From the NCBI GenBank assembly GCA_963797095.1, contig CAWCNY010000002.1, forward strand, positions 992,001 to 1,056,000: 64,000 nt of DNA, given 5' to 3'. A program made the position numbers and the translations under genes. The stretch comes from an uncultured Chloroflexia bacterium. GTDB taxonomy: Bacteria; Chloroflexota; Chloroflexia; QHBQ01; JADMIH01. Below, in pieces: positions 10,295-19,345 of this stretch. The notes under the pieces are model-generated. The model had not been told where the DNA came from. It did no database searches and saw nothing but the letters and a program-made list of their open reading frames with translations. Each line of letters opens with the position of its first letter. The first letter of the stretch is position 1.

Positions 10295-11167
10295 ATGAAA
10301 CCGGGAGGCGGCTTCCTATCGAGCCTCGGATATCTGTGGGAACTGCTCATCCAGGGATGGGTGAGATATACCGGCAGGAAGTTAGACACCCCCAATGTGC
10401 CCTGGCTCGCAGGGCCGACCGGCGGAAAGAAGATAGGGCCGGGTTTCTACGAGAGCTATGCCAGGAGTGCGGGCCTCACGATCCGTCCCAGCCCCGACGC
10501 GGGTCTGCTTGAGAGCTTTAGCAGCCTGAAAAGCACCCATTTCAGCCCTGAAAAGGTGCGCCCGGAGATCGTGGACTTCTACGAGAAGACGTCCCACTAC
10601 GCCCTCGACGCCTGGGTGCAATGGAGCGGAGGGATAAGCCCGTTCGCCAGGATCATGATCTCCTCGATCAGCCGGAACATCGAGCAGTTGATCCTGCCTC
10701 TAACTCCGCTGACAACCAGTCACGGCATGAGTAGCCGGATCATCAGCATGGTCAATGAAGAAACTGGCGCTGTTGAGTATTCAGGCTGGCTGCGAACCGC
10801 CATCTCTACCGGCGAGATCGTGTATGCAGGCTTCTACTCAACCTGCCAGCCTCCAGGATACGATGGCCGTTGTGTGAAGGTGGTTTTTCCGCTCCCACAA
10901 GGCTCCGCCACCGTCATCCTGAAGCCTGTGAACAGTACCAAAGGCTCCTTCAAATTAGTTTCTGAGGGGCGGAGGTTCGGCGGTCCTGGATATTACCGTA
11001 TCCACAGGTTGAGCAATCGAAGCATACGGGTCAAATATATCCCTATCGAGGAAACGATTCACGTTTATGTTGACGACAATGATGTGCTTCGCACTGACCA
11101 CTTGTTCAACTTCTGGGGCAGGCGGTTTTTGACCTTGCACTACAAGATCACACGTAAGGATCTCTAA
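10295..11167 (+). CDS. Conserved hypothetical protein (reminiscent of the soluble domain of YndJ-like proteins)
   Basis: 290-aa ORF with globular composition (VRPEIVDFYEKT, VFPLPQG, FLTLHYKI); family assignment is tentative. Confidence 0.65.
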   Translation: MKPGGGFLSSLGYLWELLIQGWVRYTGRKLDTPNVPWLAGPTGGKKIGPGFYESYARSAGLTIRPSPDAGLLESFSSLKSTHFSPEKVRPEIVDFYEKTSHYALDAWVQWSGGISPFARIMISSISRNIEQLILPLTPLTTSHGMSSRIISMVNEETGAVEYSGWLRTAISTGEIVYAGFYSTCQPPGYDGRCVKVVFPLPQGSATVILKPVNSTKGSFKLVSEGRRFGGPGYYRIHRLSNRSIRVKYIPIEETIHVYVDDNDVLRTDHLFNFWGRRFLTLHYKITRKDL

Positions 11168-11883
11168 GCGACCTCGCGCCTCTGCCTGGGTAACTTCACT
11201 ACCAGCACACGATAAATAGTAAGCACGGCCAAACTCAAGCCGGAGAACCAGTAGATCAGCCCCGTCCAGGATGATCCTGTGTCACTGCCGCTGAAGATGC
11301 TGTGCAGCATCATGAGGGCGAACAACCCATAGCTAGCGTAGTGTATGACTTGCCATGTGCGGTTCCCGATGCGCTTGCGTATGTAGAATGTGAAGCTGAC
11401 TATGGCTAACCCATACAGTGCAAGTTGCCCCAATCCGACCCAGAACGGCTGGTAATTGGCGCTGGCAAACGGCACGAGCACACTGACCAGGTCATACGAT
11501 ATATAGAGGTTCCACATCAGGATCAGCCCGTGGAACAACCCGAAGCCAAGACCTAAAAGGCTTGTATACTCATGTAAATCAAAGGCCTTGGGTCCTCCGG
11601 GCCATACCCTCGCCATCTTGTTGGTGATAATGAGCCCAAACGCCATCGACATCCAGATCAGGCCAAATGCGGTGAAAGCGCTCGCCCTCGATAGATGCCA
11701 GAATATGGTCGGCTCATCCCCCGTGGCCGATGCGCCCATGCCCGGAACCCACAGCGGCAATACCACCACCGCCGCGATAGCCCCGACCAGCACGCCCATC
11801 AGTAGGAGCGTGGTGGTCGTCAACCCGTCATCGGACTGTTCATCACCTGCTCTATTCGTATTTGCATTATTCACCGCTTGCAT
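11164..11883 (-). CDS. Ferric reductase-like / MsrQ-like heme-b transmembrane protein
   Basis: W.LSRAS, DLHEY, LFHGL, RIG..TW..IHY, MLHS (heme-ligand His residues), about 6 TM helices; start placed at MQAVNN just after the apbE stop. Confidence 0.85.
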   Translation of the reverse strand: MQAVNNANTNRAGDEQSDDGLTTTTLLLMGVLVGAIAAVVVLPLWVPGMGASATGDEPTIFWHLSRASAFTAFGLIWMSMAFGLIITNKMARVWPGGPKAFDLHEYTSLLGLGFGLFHGLILMWNLYISYDLVSVLVPFASANYQPFWVGLGQLALYGLAIVSFTFYIRKRIGNRTWQVIHYASYGLFALMMLHSIFSGSDTGSSWTGLIYWFSGLSLAVLTIYRVLVVKLPRQRREVA

Positions 11884-11888
11884 TCCAC

Positions 11889-12821
11889 TTACTCCCAAGT
11901 GTGGTGTGTCATCCTCTTGCTGTAAAGCACCTGCCCATCCTCCAGGGTAAGTAGAGCCGACAGGGGCGGGCGTGCTTCTATCCATTCGATGCCTTGCCGG
12001 CTCCCCAGGATCAAGGTCGCTTTAGCCGCCACCTCTGCCTGCATGGTGCTGGGCGCGATCACGGTGGCGCTTAGAACGTCGGTGTCGGCAGGTTGTGCGG
12101 TGCGTGGATCAAGAATGTGGTGATGCCACCTATCGCCTACCCGCCAGCGCCTGTAATCGCGCCCCGAGGTGGCAACCCCACCGCCCCTCAAAGCGAGCAA
12201 TTCGAGTTGTTTGCCACGAGTTAGCGGGTCGTCTACACCAATGGGCCAGGCCGAGCCATCGGCGCGCGCTCCACTGAATGCTATGTCTCCCCCTGCATCA
12301 ACCATGGCGGGCGCGATCTCGCCGAGCCATCGCGCAGCTTTGTCGGCGGCCCAACCCTTCACGATACCTCCCAGGTCAAGTCTCATGCCCGCCGGAGTGG
12401 TGATTGTGTGCTTCCCCTGGTGCAGTTTGATAGCACGCCAGTCCTCCTCAGCAACCAGGGTGGCGCTCCTCTCCGGCATAACTGCGACCGCCGACCTCTC
12501 CTTTATGGTCTCAAAGCTGGCGTCGTAGCCTGCACGCTCCAGGGCGGTAAGCATTGTAGGCGTCACCAACCCGTCTGTCAGCTGGGCTGCCGCCAGTGCT
12601 TCGTTCAACACTTCCCACATAATCGGCCCCACCTTGACCGTGCTCCCGCTCTGTCTGTTATGCTTGCTAAGCTCGCTTTCCGGGCGGAAGCGGCTCAGTG
12701 CAGCTTCCCATTCCTCAAACATAGAGGGTATACGCGCCAGGCGCTCGCCTGCCTGCGATGAATCTGCCTCGATTATCGCCATCATCCCGGATCCCATGGC
12801 CCTGAATTCCAGCTTCTGCAT
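11889..12821 (-). CDS. apbE: FAD:protein FMN transferase (ApbE family)
   Basis: FRAMGS, LSRFRPESELS, LDLGGIVKGWAAD, DAGGD, VATSG, HHILDPRT. Confidence 0.93.
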   Translation of the reverse strand: MQKLEFRAMGSGMMAIIEADSSQAGERLARIPSMFEEWEAALSRFRPESELSKHNRQSGSTVKVGPIMWEVLNEALAAAQLTDGLVTPTMLTALERAGYDASFETIKERSAVAVMPERSATLVAEEDWRAIKLHQGKHTITTPAGMRLDLGGIVKGWAADKAARWLGEIAPAMVDAGGDIAFSGARADGSAWPIGVDDPLTRGKQLELLALRGGGVATSGRDYRRWRVGDRWHHHILDPRTAQPADTDVLSATVIAPSTMQAEVAAKATLILGSRQGIEWIEARPPLSALLTLEDGQVLYSKRMTHHTWE

Positions 12822-12833
12822 AACTTTTACCCC

Positions 12834-13232
12834 TTAGCGAGATGAGTGTGTCCTACCCATTGGCGCAGGCTGGTTGCTCGGAGCCTGTACACGCCTCAAT
12901 GCGGGTGTGGGTGTGGCTGCGGGCGCTTGAGATTGCGATTGGTCTTGCGGTTGGGTAATGGGTGTGGGCGACGCCTCTCCGGGGGGAAGCGACGGCAACA
13001 GGTATCCCGTTCCGCCTGCGTCGGGTGCTGTCTGCGCCGCCACTATCACATCATCCTGTGCCTGAGCAGCCGTAGATGCATCTTTGACGGCGAACATCGC
13101 CATCCCGCCCAACGTGGCGGTGAGTGATACTGCCGTGATCAGCAGCTTTGCTTCGATTGTCTTCCTCGAAGCGCGCTTCCTGGTCCTATTCTCTGACATT
13201 TCCTTTCCTGTCTCCTTGTCCATTGCGATCAA
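12834..13232 (-). CDS. Small membrane-anchored protein with Pro/Gln/Ala-rich linker, ending RTHSSR
   Basis: Basic N-terminus, one TM helix and a disordered tail; overlaps the PepSY gene stop and lies 12 bp before apbE. Confidence 0.75.
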   Translation of the reverse strand: MIAMDKETGKEMSENRTRKRASRKTIEAKLLITAVSLTATLGGMAMFAVKDASTAAQAQDDVIVAAQTAPDAGGTGYLLPSLPPGEASPTPITQPQDQSQSQAPAATPTPALRRVQAPSNQPAPMGRTHSSR

Positions 13233-13768
13233 TCATTGCCATCATTTGGTTCGTGCTGTTCTCCCGGGTCCTGGCGTCCGAAATGTCTCCCCCTCTGGAA
13301 TGGATTGTCGTTAGGGACGCCGTTGTACAGTACCGATCCGGTGCTAGCATCCACGTAAAGCGTTCCACGGTCTGTTTGCACTTCGTATGCGACCGTCCCG
13401 GCGAAATCGACTAATTGAGGAGCGGCCAGCAGAGATGCCCTGGGGGCAACCGACAGCGCTATTGCTGCCGCATCATCCGGTGTTACAGCATAAGATGGGG
13501 CAGGTTCCGGCGTTGGCGCGGATGCAGGTGGGTCCTGGGCCGCAGGCATCTCGGTTGGTTGTGCATTCTCCAGGTTCGACTGTTGCAATCCGTTGCCAGT
13601 CGATGTCAGTTGCTCCCCTGCGTTCCCCTGCGCCTGGTTGGGCTGCCCGGCTTGCGCCCGTGTCGCGCCACCCATCATTACATAGGTTACCGCGCCTGCC
13701 GCCAGTACCAGCAAAAAGCCTGTCAGGCCGGCGGCCAACATCAACATTATCTTCCGACCCATCTCCAT
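13229..13768 (-). CDS. PepSY domain-containing secreted or membrane protein
   Basis: Signal/TM segment, linker, then VTPDDAAAIAL...AYEV...LYVDASTGSVL (PepSY pattern). Confidence 0.85.
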   Translation of the reverse strand: MEMGRKIMLMLAAGLTGFLLVLAAGAVTYVMMGGATRAQAGQPNQAQGNAGEQLTSTGNGLQQSNLENAQPTEMPAAQDPPASAPTPEPAPSYAVTPDDAAAIALSVAPRASLLAAPQLVDFAGTVAYEVQTDRGTLYVDASTGSVLYNGVPNDNPFQRGRHFGRQDPGEQHEPNDGND

Positions 13769-13827
13769 CTCTCTCCAATCTTGTCCATCTTTGTATCTAT
13801 ATCCTAACCGGGTATGATTAAAACAAC

Positions 13828-13866
13828 ATTGGAAAACGCCACCTGTGTTTCCAATCTTCTTCCAAT
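13828..13866. promoter_or_regulatory. Candidate OmpR-type response-regulator binding sites
   Basis: TTCCAAT direct repeats at 13849 and 13860 (11-bp period) plus an inverted copy ATTGGAA at 13828, in the divergent promoter region. Confidence 0.5.
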
Positions 13867-13903
13867 GTTTCTGGTGTATGCTCATATACAGTAGGAAGAT
13901 GGC

Positions 13904-14593
13904 ATGAAAGTGTTGCTGATTGAAGATGATCAAAAGCTGGCACGCCTTATGGCAAGCGTACTGCGCGAGGAGCGGCATGAAGTAGATGTTGCACATGAAG
14001 GCAACGATGGATTGGATCTGGCTCTGCGTGGCGTATATGATGTTGCTATCATTGATTGGATGCTGCCTGGTCGCGATGGTCCATCCATAGCTCGCGGCAT
14101 ACGCGCGTCCCGGGTGCCTTTACCTATCCTGATGCTTACAGCCCGCAGCCAGGTCGAGGACCGCGTGGCAGGTCTCGACAGTGGCGCTGACGATTATCTG
14201 ACCAAGCCCTTCGCGTTCGAAGAGTTGCTCGCCCGCGTGCGCGCCCTGGGGCGGCGCTACCTGCAAGTTAGCGGTGACCCGGACGAGTTGCGTTCCGGCG
14301 ACATGGTGCTTGATACGCGCTCCCACACCGCCCGTAAAGCGGGCAATCCACTTGATCTTACGCACACCGAATGGAAGTTACTCGAATACTTCATGCGCCA
14401 TCCGGGCCAGACCCTCACTCGCCGCCAGATACTCGATTACGTGTGGGATTTCACCAGCGACGTGCAGCAAACCATGGTGGACGTCTACGTCTCCTATCTG
14501 CGCCGCAAACTCGCCTTTGGCCCGCACCCCGACCCTATACGCACTGTGCGCGGTGTTGGCTACCGGTTGGAGGCACCAGGTGACCAGGCTTAA
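13904..14593 (+). CDS. OmpR/PhoB-family response regulator
   Basis: LLIEDD, DWMLPG, GADDYLTKPF, VDVYVSYLRRK, TVRGVGY. Confidence 0.96.
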   Translation: MKVLLIEDDQKLARLMASVLREERHEVDVAHEGNDGLDLALRGVYDVAIIDWMLPGRDGPSIARGIRASRVPLPILMLTARSQVEDRVAGLDSGADDYLTKPFAFEELLARVRALGRRYLQVSGDPDELRSGDMVLDTRSHTARKAGNPLDLTHTEWKLLEYFMRHPGQTLTRRQILDYVWDFTSDVQQTMVDVYVSYLRRKLAFGPHPDPIRTVRGVGYRLEAPGDQA

Positions 14594-14597
14594 CCCC

Positions 14598-15974
14598 ATG
14601 TTCGGGCGATTGCGCCTCACGCTGACCATCCTGTATCTGGTGGCGGCCCTGGCCCTGATAGCTCTGGTGGGCATTGGTACCTACGGGCTTGTGGACCAAT
14701 ACTTCCAGAGCGGCACCGACCTCGCCTTGCGCGAGAGGATGGCGCTCGAGATGGCGGCGCTTGGTGTGCCGTTGCCCTCCGAGATCGCGGATGCCAGGAG
14801 TGAGTGGATTGCCACGCGCAATTCTCCACCACCTCCGGCCAGGGTACCACCGAGCCAGGATGGTGACGACCACAACGCGGAGCATAACCAGCACGAGCAA
14901 GACGAATATGCCTACAACAGCGAGCTTGCCTCCATCTTCGTGCTACCGTTAGCTTCGGATGGCGCTCTGCTCACAGCTACAGGTGGGCAGGCCAGCCCCA
15001 ATGGCGCGAATATTGCAAACATCACCCCGGATAGTGATGCATTTCAGGCCGCCCTCACCGGTGGCAGCGACCTGCGGACTGTGGACATGAGCGACGGCAC
15101 GCGTGTGCGCCTACTCACTTATAAGATCTCCTCCGCCCAGGCCGGATTGCCCGCAGCCCTGCAATTGGGGCGCACCCTGGGCGACCAGGACCGCACGTTG
15201 AACCAACTGCTGCTTATACTGTTGGGGTTGGGCGGGGTGAGCGCGGTTCTGCTAGGAGCGGCAAGCTGGGCGCTGGCAGGACGCTCGATCAGGCCCGCCC
15301 ATGAGGCCTGGGAGAAGCAAAAAGCCTTCATTGCCAATGCGAGCCATGAACTGAGAGCACCCCTTACGCTGGTGCGTGCCGGTGCGGAGGTTGCCATGCG
15401 CCATACCCCTCCCGGTAACATAGAGCAGAAAGAGACCCTTCAGGATGTGCTGGACGAATGCGACCACATGGGGCGATTGGTCGAGGACCTGCTGCTGATC
15501 TCACGCCTGGATGCTGGACGGCTTGAGCTACAGACCGAGCCTGTCGACCTTGCCGAGTTGATGACCGATGTGCAAAGGCAGGTAGGTCGTGTAGCCGAGG
15601 AACGCGGTGTGCAGGTGACGGTAGCGAATGCAAGTGGCCCGGTGAAGGCCGACCGCACGCGCCTCAGGCAGGTGCTGCTTATTCTGCTGGATAACGCGTT
15701 GCGCCACACGCCCTCAGGCGGCAGCATTACGCTATCTACCACCCGTCAGGACCGGCGTATCCTTATTGAGGTAATTGACACCGGGAGTGGGATCGCCCCT
15801 GAACACCTGCCGCACATTTTCGAGCCGTTCTACAGCGCCGATAACAGCCGCAACGGCGGCAGCAGCGGCCTCGGCCTATCGATTGCCAGCAAGCTGATCG
15901 AGGCTCATGGTGGGCGCATCAGCATCAGCAGCCAACCGGGCCAGGGCACCCGCGTCACGGTTTCTCTCCAGTAG
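14598..15974 (+). CDS. Sensor histidine kinase
   Basis: Two TM helices, FIANASHELRAPL H-box, LLDNALRH, DTGSGI, GLGLSI. Confidence 0.95.
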   Translation: MFGRLRLTLTILYLVAALALIALVGIGTYGLVDQYFQSGTDLALRERMALEMAALGVPLPSEIADARSEWIATRNSPPPPARVPPSQDGDDHNAEHNQHEQDEYAYNSELASIFVLPLASDGALLTATGGQASPNGANIANITPDSDAFQAALTGGSDLRTVDMSDGTRVRLLTYKISSAQAGLPAALQLGRTLGDQDRTLNQLLLILLGLGGVSAVLLGAASWALAGRSIRPAHEAWEKQKAFIANASHELRAPLTLVRAGAEVAMRHTPPGNIEQKETLQDVLDECDHMGRLVEDLLLISRLDAGRLELQTEPVDLAELMTDVQRQVGRVAEERGVQVTVANASGPVKADRTRLRQVLLILLDNALRHTPSGGSITLSTTRQDRRILIEVIDTGSGIAPEHLPHIFEPFYSADNSRNGGSSGLGLSIASKLIEAHGGRISISSQPGQGTRVTVSLQ

Positions 15975-16081
15975 TAAATAACCGGAACCCCCTTCACGGG
16001 CCACCCGTTATAATGATGGGATGGACGCCGTGCGTCTCCGATTTGCACTTGTTGTTTTATCAAGCGGAAGGAGAAATCAAC

Positions 16082-17167
16082 ATGACTACCAGATATAAGC
16101 TTCTCGTTCTAGCGCAAACTCTCATGATTGCCCTTCTAGTCGCATCATTAGGAGCGGGTATCTCTGCCCAGGCCCAGGTTCCGTCAGACACCCTCTCGCA
16201 GTCGCAGAGCGCCCAAACCTCCGCTGAGAACCCCCAGGCAACACGCGATTTCGAGGATGTGTCCCCCGATAGTACCTTCTTCCCTTACATCCGCAATCTC
16301 TACTTCTCAGGCATCGTCAGCGGATACCCATGCGGCGGGCCGGGTGAGCCTTGTGGCCCCGGCAACTTGCCTTACTACCGTCCCGGTGCCTCTGTTTCAA
16401 GGGGACAGATGGCGAAGTTTGCGGACGAAGTACGCAAGACACCGGGCTTCTTTATCGATACCAGCACCGACCCCCAGCCTTTCTATGTGCGCACCTCGGT
16501 TGCCAATGGGCGCGGCGTGCAGGGCGATAGCGTGCTCGGCAACGGCGTACATGGCGTATCAGCCGGATCGGCGGCGAGCGGCGTGTACGGCGAGAATGTG
16601 TCAGGAGGCTTCGGCGTGGCCGGGCGCAGCAGCGGTGCGGGCAGTGCCATATATGGTGACAACGTATCCGCTAACGGCTGGGCAGGCTACTTCAACGGCA
16701 ATGTGCGCGTGCAAGGCACCCTCAGTAAGGCGGCAGGCGCATTCGAGATCGATGACCCACTGGACCCTGGGCACAAGCTCCTTTACCACTCGTTCGTCGA
16801 ATCGCCCGACATGATGAACGTCTACAACGGCAACGTCACCCTCGATGCGAAGGGGGAGGCCACCGTCCAGATGCCCGATTACTTCGAGGCGCTCAATGAA
16901 GACTTCCGTTACCAGCTAACCCCCATCGGCGCGCCCGGTCCCAATCTCTATATAGCGCAGGAGATCACGGACAATACGTTCGAGATCGCGGGTGGCGCTC
17001 CCAACTCTAAGGTAAGCTGGCAGGTGACCGGCATCCGGCACGATCCTTACGCGGATCAAAACCGCATCCAAGTAGAGGTCGAGAAGCCCGCCGACGAGCA
17101 AGGCAAGTACCTGCACCCGGAGTTGTACGGCCAGCCAGATACGGCGCGCATTGATCCTTCTAAATGA
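16082..17167 (+). CDS. Secreted SLH-domain protein with a Gly-rich beta-helix and a tail-fibre/chaperone-like C-terminal domain
   Basis: Signal peptide, FEDV..GYPCGGPGEPC..YYRPG..RGQ, GV.G.S repeats, AGYFNGNV, IDDPLDP..LYHSFVESPDMMNVYNG. Confidence 0.85.
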   Translation: MTTRYKLLVLAQTLMIALLVASLGAGISAQAQVPSDTLSQSQSAQTSAENPQATRDFEDVSPDSTFFPYIRNLYFSGIVSGYPCGGPGEPCGPGNLPYYRPGASVSRGQMAKFADEVRKTPGFFIDTSTDPQPFYVRTSVANGRGVQGDSVLGNGVHGVSAGSAASGVYGENVSGGFGVAGRSSGAGSAIYGDNVSANGWAGYFNGNVRVQGTLSKAAGAFEIDDPLDPGHKLLYHSFVESPDMMNVYNGNVTLDAKGEATVQMPDYFEALNEDFRYQLTPIGAPGPNLYIAQEITDNTFEIAGGAPNSKVSWQVTGIRHDPYADQNRIQVEVEKPADEQGKYLHPELYGQPDTARIDPSK

Positions 17168-17239
17168 CGAAGGACGAAAGACTAAGGACGAAAGACTAAG
17201 GACGATAGCTCGATTAGCGTCGTCCTTAGTCTTTCGTCC
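17165..17239. repeat. Heptamer repeats (AGGACGA/AAGACTA) and their inverse, forming a hairpin between convergent genes
   Basis: aggacga-aagacta-aggacga-aagacta-aggacga ... tcgtcct-tagtctt-tcgtcc. Confidence 0.75.
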
Positions 17240-17240
17240 G

Positions 17241-17477
17241 CTAGGATGCTACCTTCTTCCAGTGCTTGACGATCTGAGAGATGCTTTGTGAGCCTTTCAC
17301 GTAGGTCTCGGCGTAACCACATGCCGCGCACACATAGCTGACGAGACGAGCGAACTCGGTGCGTACTGCCCCCCGTACCGGGATGGCCTGCACTCCGTAT
17401 ACACTGTTCACCGGGCCGATTTCCTGGTTGGTGTACACATCATGCGAACCGCATTTCGGACAAACACCGTTATTCAT
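17241..17477 (-). CDS. Small zinc-ribbon protein
   Basis: MNNGVCPKCGS...YVCAACGYAETY, 78 aa, SD-like GGAAGGA upstream. Confidence 0.8.
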   Translation of the reverse strand: MNNGVCPKCGSHDVYTNQEIGPVNSVYGVQAIPVRGAVRTEFARLVSYVCAACGYAETYVKGSQSISQIVKHWKKVAS

Positions 17478-17602
17478 CTCTTGTTCCTTCCTAGTGTGTG
17501 AGCGACTGCTTACTTTCCCACACCCATTTGTATATACGTAGCGCAGGCCCTGAGGTCGCATAACCTACCTTCAGTGCGTATGGTTCTGTATAATATGCCT
17601 AA

Positions 17603-19189
17603 GTGGCCAACTCCAGCACACAACAGAAAACACCAGAACAGGCGGACGCGCCCCCGACCAGGTTCGCGGCCTGGTGGATGTCCACGCGCAAGCGACGCTC
17701 CGAGTGGCAAACTCTCATAGCCACGGGCACGGCCACGTTTACGGGCCAGCCGCGCAGGCACTTCGTCGCGGCGCAGCCGGGCGATCCGGTGCTCCTCTAT
17801 GTGTCCAAGCCCGACCATGCTATTCGTGCGGTCGGAGTGGTCCTTGGCCCGACCGATAACGGGCGGCCATCGAGCGAGGATGGGGACGATGCCGGTACCG
17901 CAACGCAAAACCCAAAATCGATCGATGTTCAGCTGGCCTTTGAGCTGCCCGGCCCACTGGCGTGGCGCGATATCCTCGAGGTGCCCGCTCTCGCGAGCGC
18001 GGAGCCGGTGCGGCAGCGAAGTAGTGGCACCCTCTTCGGTCTCACACAGGACGAATATAGGGCGTTACAGGCTTTGATGATCATCCGCAACCCCGAATTG
18101 GCCGGTGCGTTCGCCGCCGTAGACGCGGGCGATGTGCAGCACGACGATGGGGATAGGGAAGAAGATGACGAGTTTGCTGTTATGCCGGGCAGCCCCCCTG
18201 CGGGGGCCGGGGGAGGGAACGGCCTCACCCCTGGCGCACCTACCTGGCTCAGAGAAGAGATCGCCTCTTATGCTGCACCTGCCTTGCCCTATACACCATA
18301 CGGCGCTCTACCCACGATCCGGAACCCGGCCGATCTCGCGGCCCTGACGGGTCTGCCAATGGAGACCCTGGAGGAGGCACGCGACCTGCTGGAAGATACG
18401 GGCCAGATAATCCTGAGCGGGCCGCCCGGCACAGGCAAGACTTGGCTTGCTCGCGGGCTGGCGTCGCTGGTGGCTGCCGGCCACAGCAGGATACAGGTGG
18501 TGCAGTTTCACCCTTCCACAGCCTACGAGGATTTCATCGAGGGGTTGAAGCCTCGTGTGGACGCCCTCGGCCACATCACTTATGCGATCATGCCCGGTAT
18601 CTTCGTACGTATGTGCGAGGAGGCGAGGCGCGATACCGACCACCATTATGTGCTGCTCATTGACGAGATCAACCGCGCCCCGCTTTCCCGAGTATTTGGG
18701 GAATTGCTTTACGCCCTGGAATACAGGGGGCCATCGGGTGCGGTGGAGCTGGCTGCGTCCGCCGGGTCGGGACAGGGCGGCGCTCCATTCTATGTGCCGG
18801 AGAACCTGCTGATTATCGGTACGATGAACTCGGCAGATCGGAGTATAGCGCTGGTAGACTACGCTCTCAGGCGTCGCTTCCGGTTCATCGAGCTTGAGCC
18901 GAACACGGATATACTGGACGGCTGGCTTGCGGCGCATGGGACGCCCGAAGCGGCACGCAGCGTCCTCCTTGACCTGTTCGAGAGCGTCAATAGCCGGCTT
19001 TCCGAGCATCTCGACCCCGATCACCGGCTCGGACACAGCTACTTTATGCTTGATCCACTTGACGCGCATACGCTTGACCTCCTGTGGCGGAGTGCTATCC
19101 GCCCGTTGATATCTGAGTACTTTACGCCTCCTGCAGGCGAGCTTGATGAGTATGCATCGCTGTTCGCGGAGGCGCGCCAGCGGCTGTGA
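17603..19189 (+). CDS. mcrB: McrB-family AAA+ GTPase with N-terminal EVE (PUA-like) domain
   Basis: QPGDPVLLYVS (EVE-like); SGPPGTGKT, QFHPSTAYEDFIEG, IDEINRA, GTMNSADRSIALVDYALRRRF. Confidence 0.9.
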   Translation: MANSSTQQKTPEQADAPPTRFAAWWMSTRKRRSEWQTLIATGTATFTGQPRRHFVAAQPGDPVLLYVSKPDHAIRAVGVVLGPTDNGRPSSEDGDDAGTATQNPKSIDVQLAFELPGPLAWRDILEVPALASAEPVRQRSSGTLFGLTQDEYRALQALMIIRNPELAGAFAAVDAGDVQHDDGDREEDDEFAVMPGSPPAGAGGGNGLTPGAPTWLREEIASYAAPALPYTPYGALPTIRNPADLAALTGLPMETLEEARDLLEDTGQIILSGPPGTGKTWLARGLASLVAAGHSRIQVVQFHPSTAYEDFIEGLKPRVDALGHITYAIMPGIFVRMCEEARRDTDHHYVLLIDEINRAPLSRVFGELLYALEYRGPSGAVELAASAGSGQGGAPFYVPENLLIIGTMNSADRSIALVDYALRRRFRFIELEPNTDILDGWLAAHGTPEAARSVLLDLFESVNSRLSEHLDPDHRLGHSYFMLDPLDAHTLDLLWRSAIRPLISEYFTPPAGELDEYASLFAEARQRL

Positions 19190-19345
19190 GGGTTACTTCA
19201 GCGTCTCACCCCGGCTCCTTCCCCATGAACGGGGAGATGGGAGTTAGAAGTTAGTGGGGAAGAGTTGGGGGACACCCCCAGACCCCTGTCAGGGGACTTC
19301 GCCCCTTGCACCCTCTTCTCCGCTCTGGCAAAGAACACGGAGATT

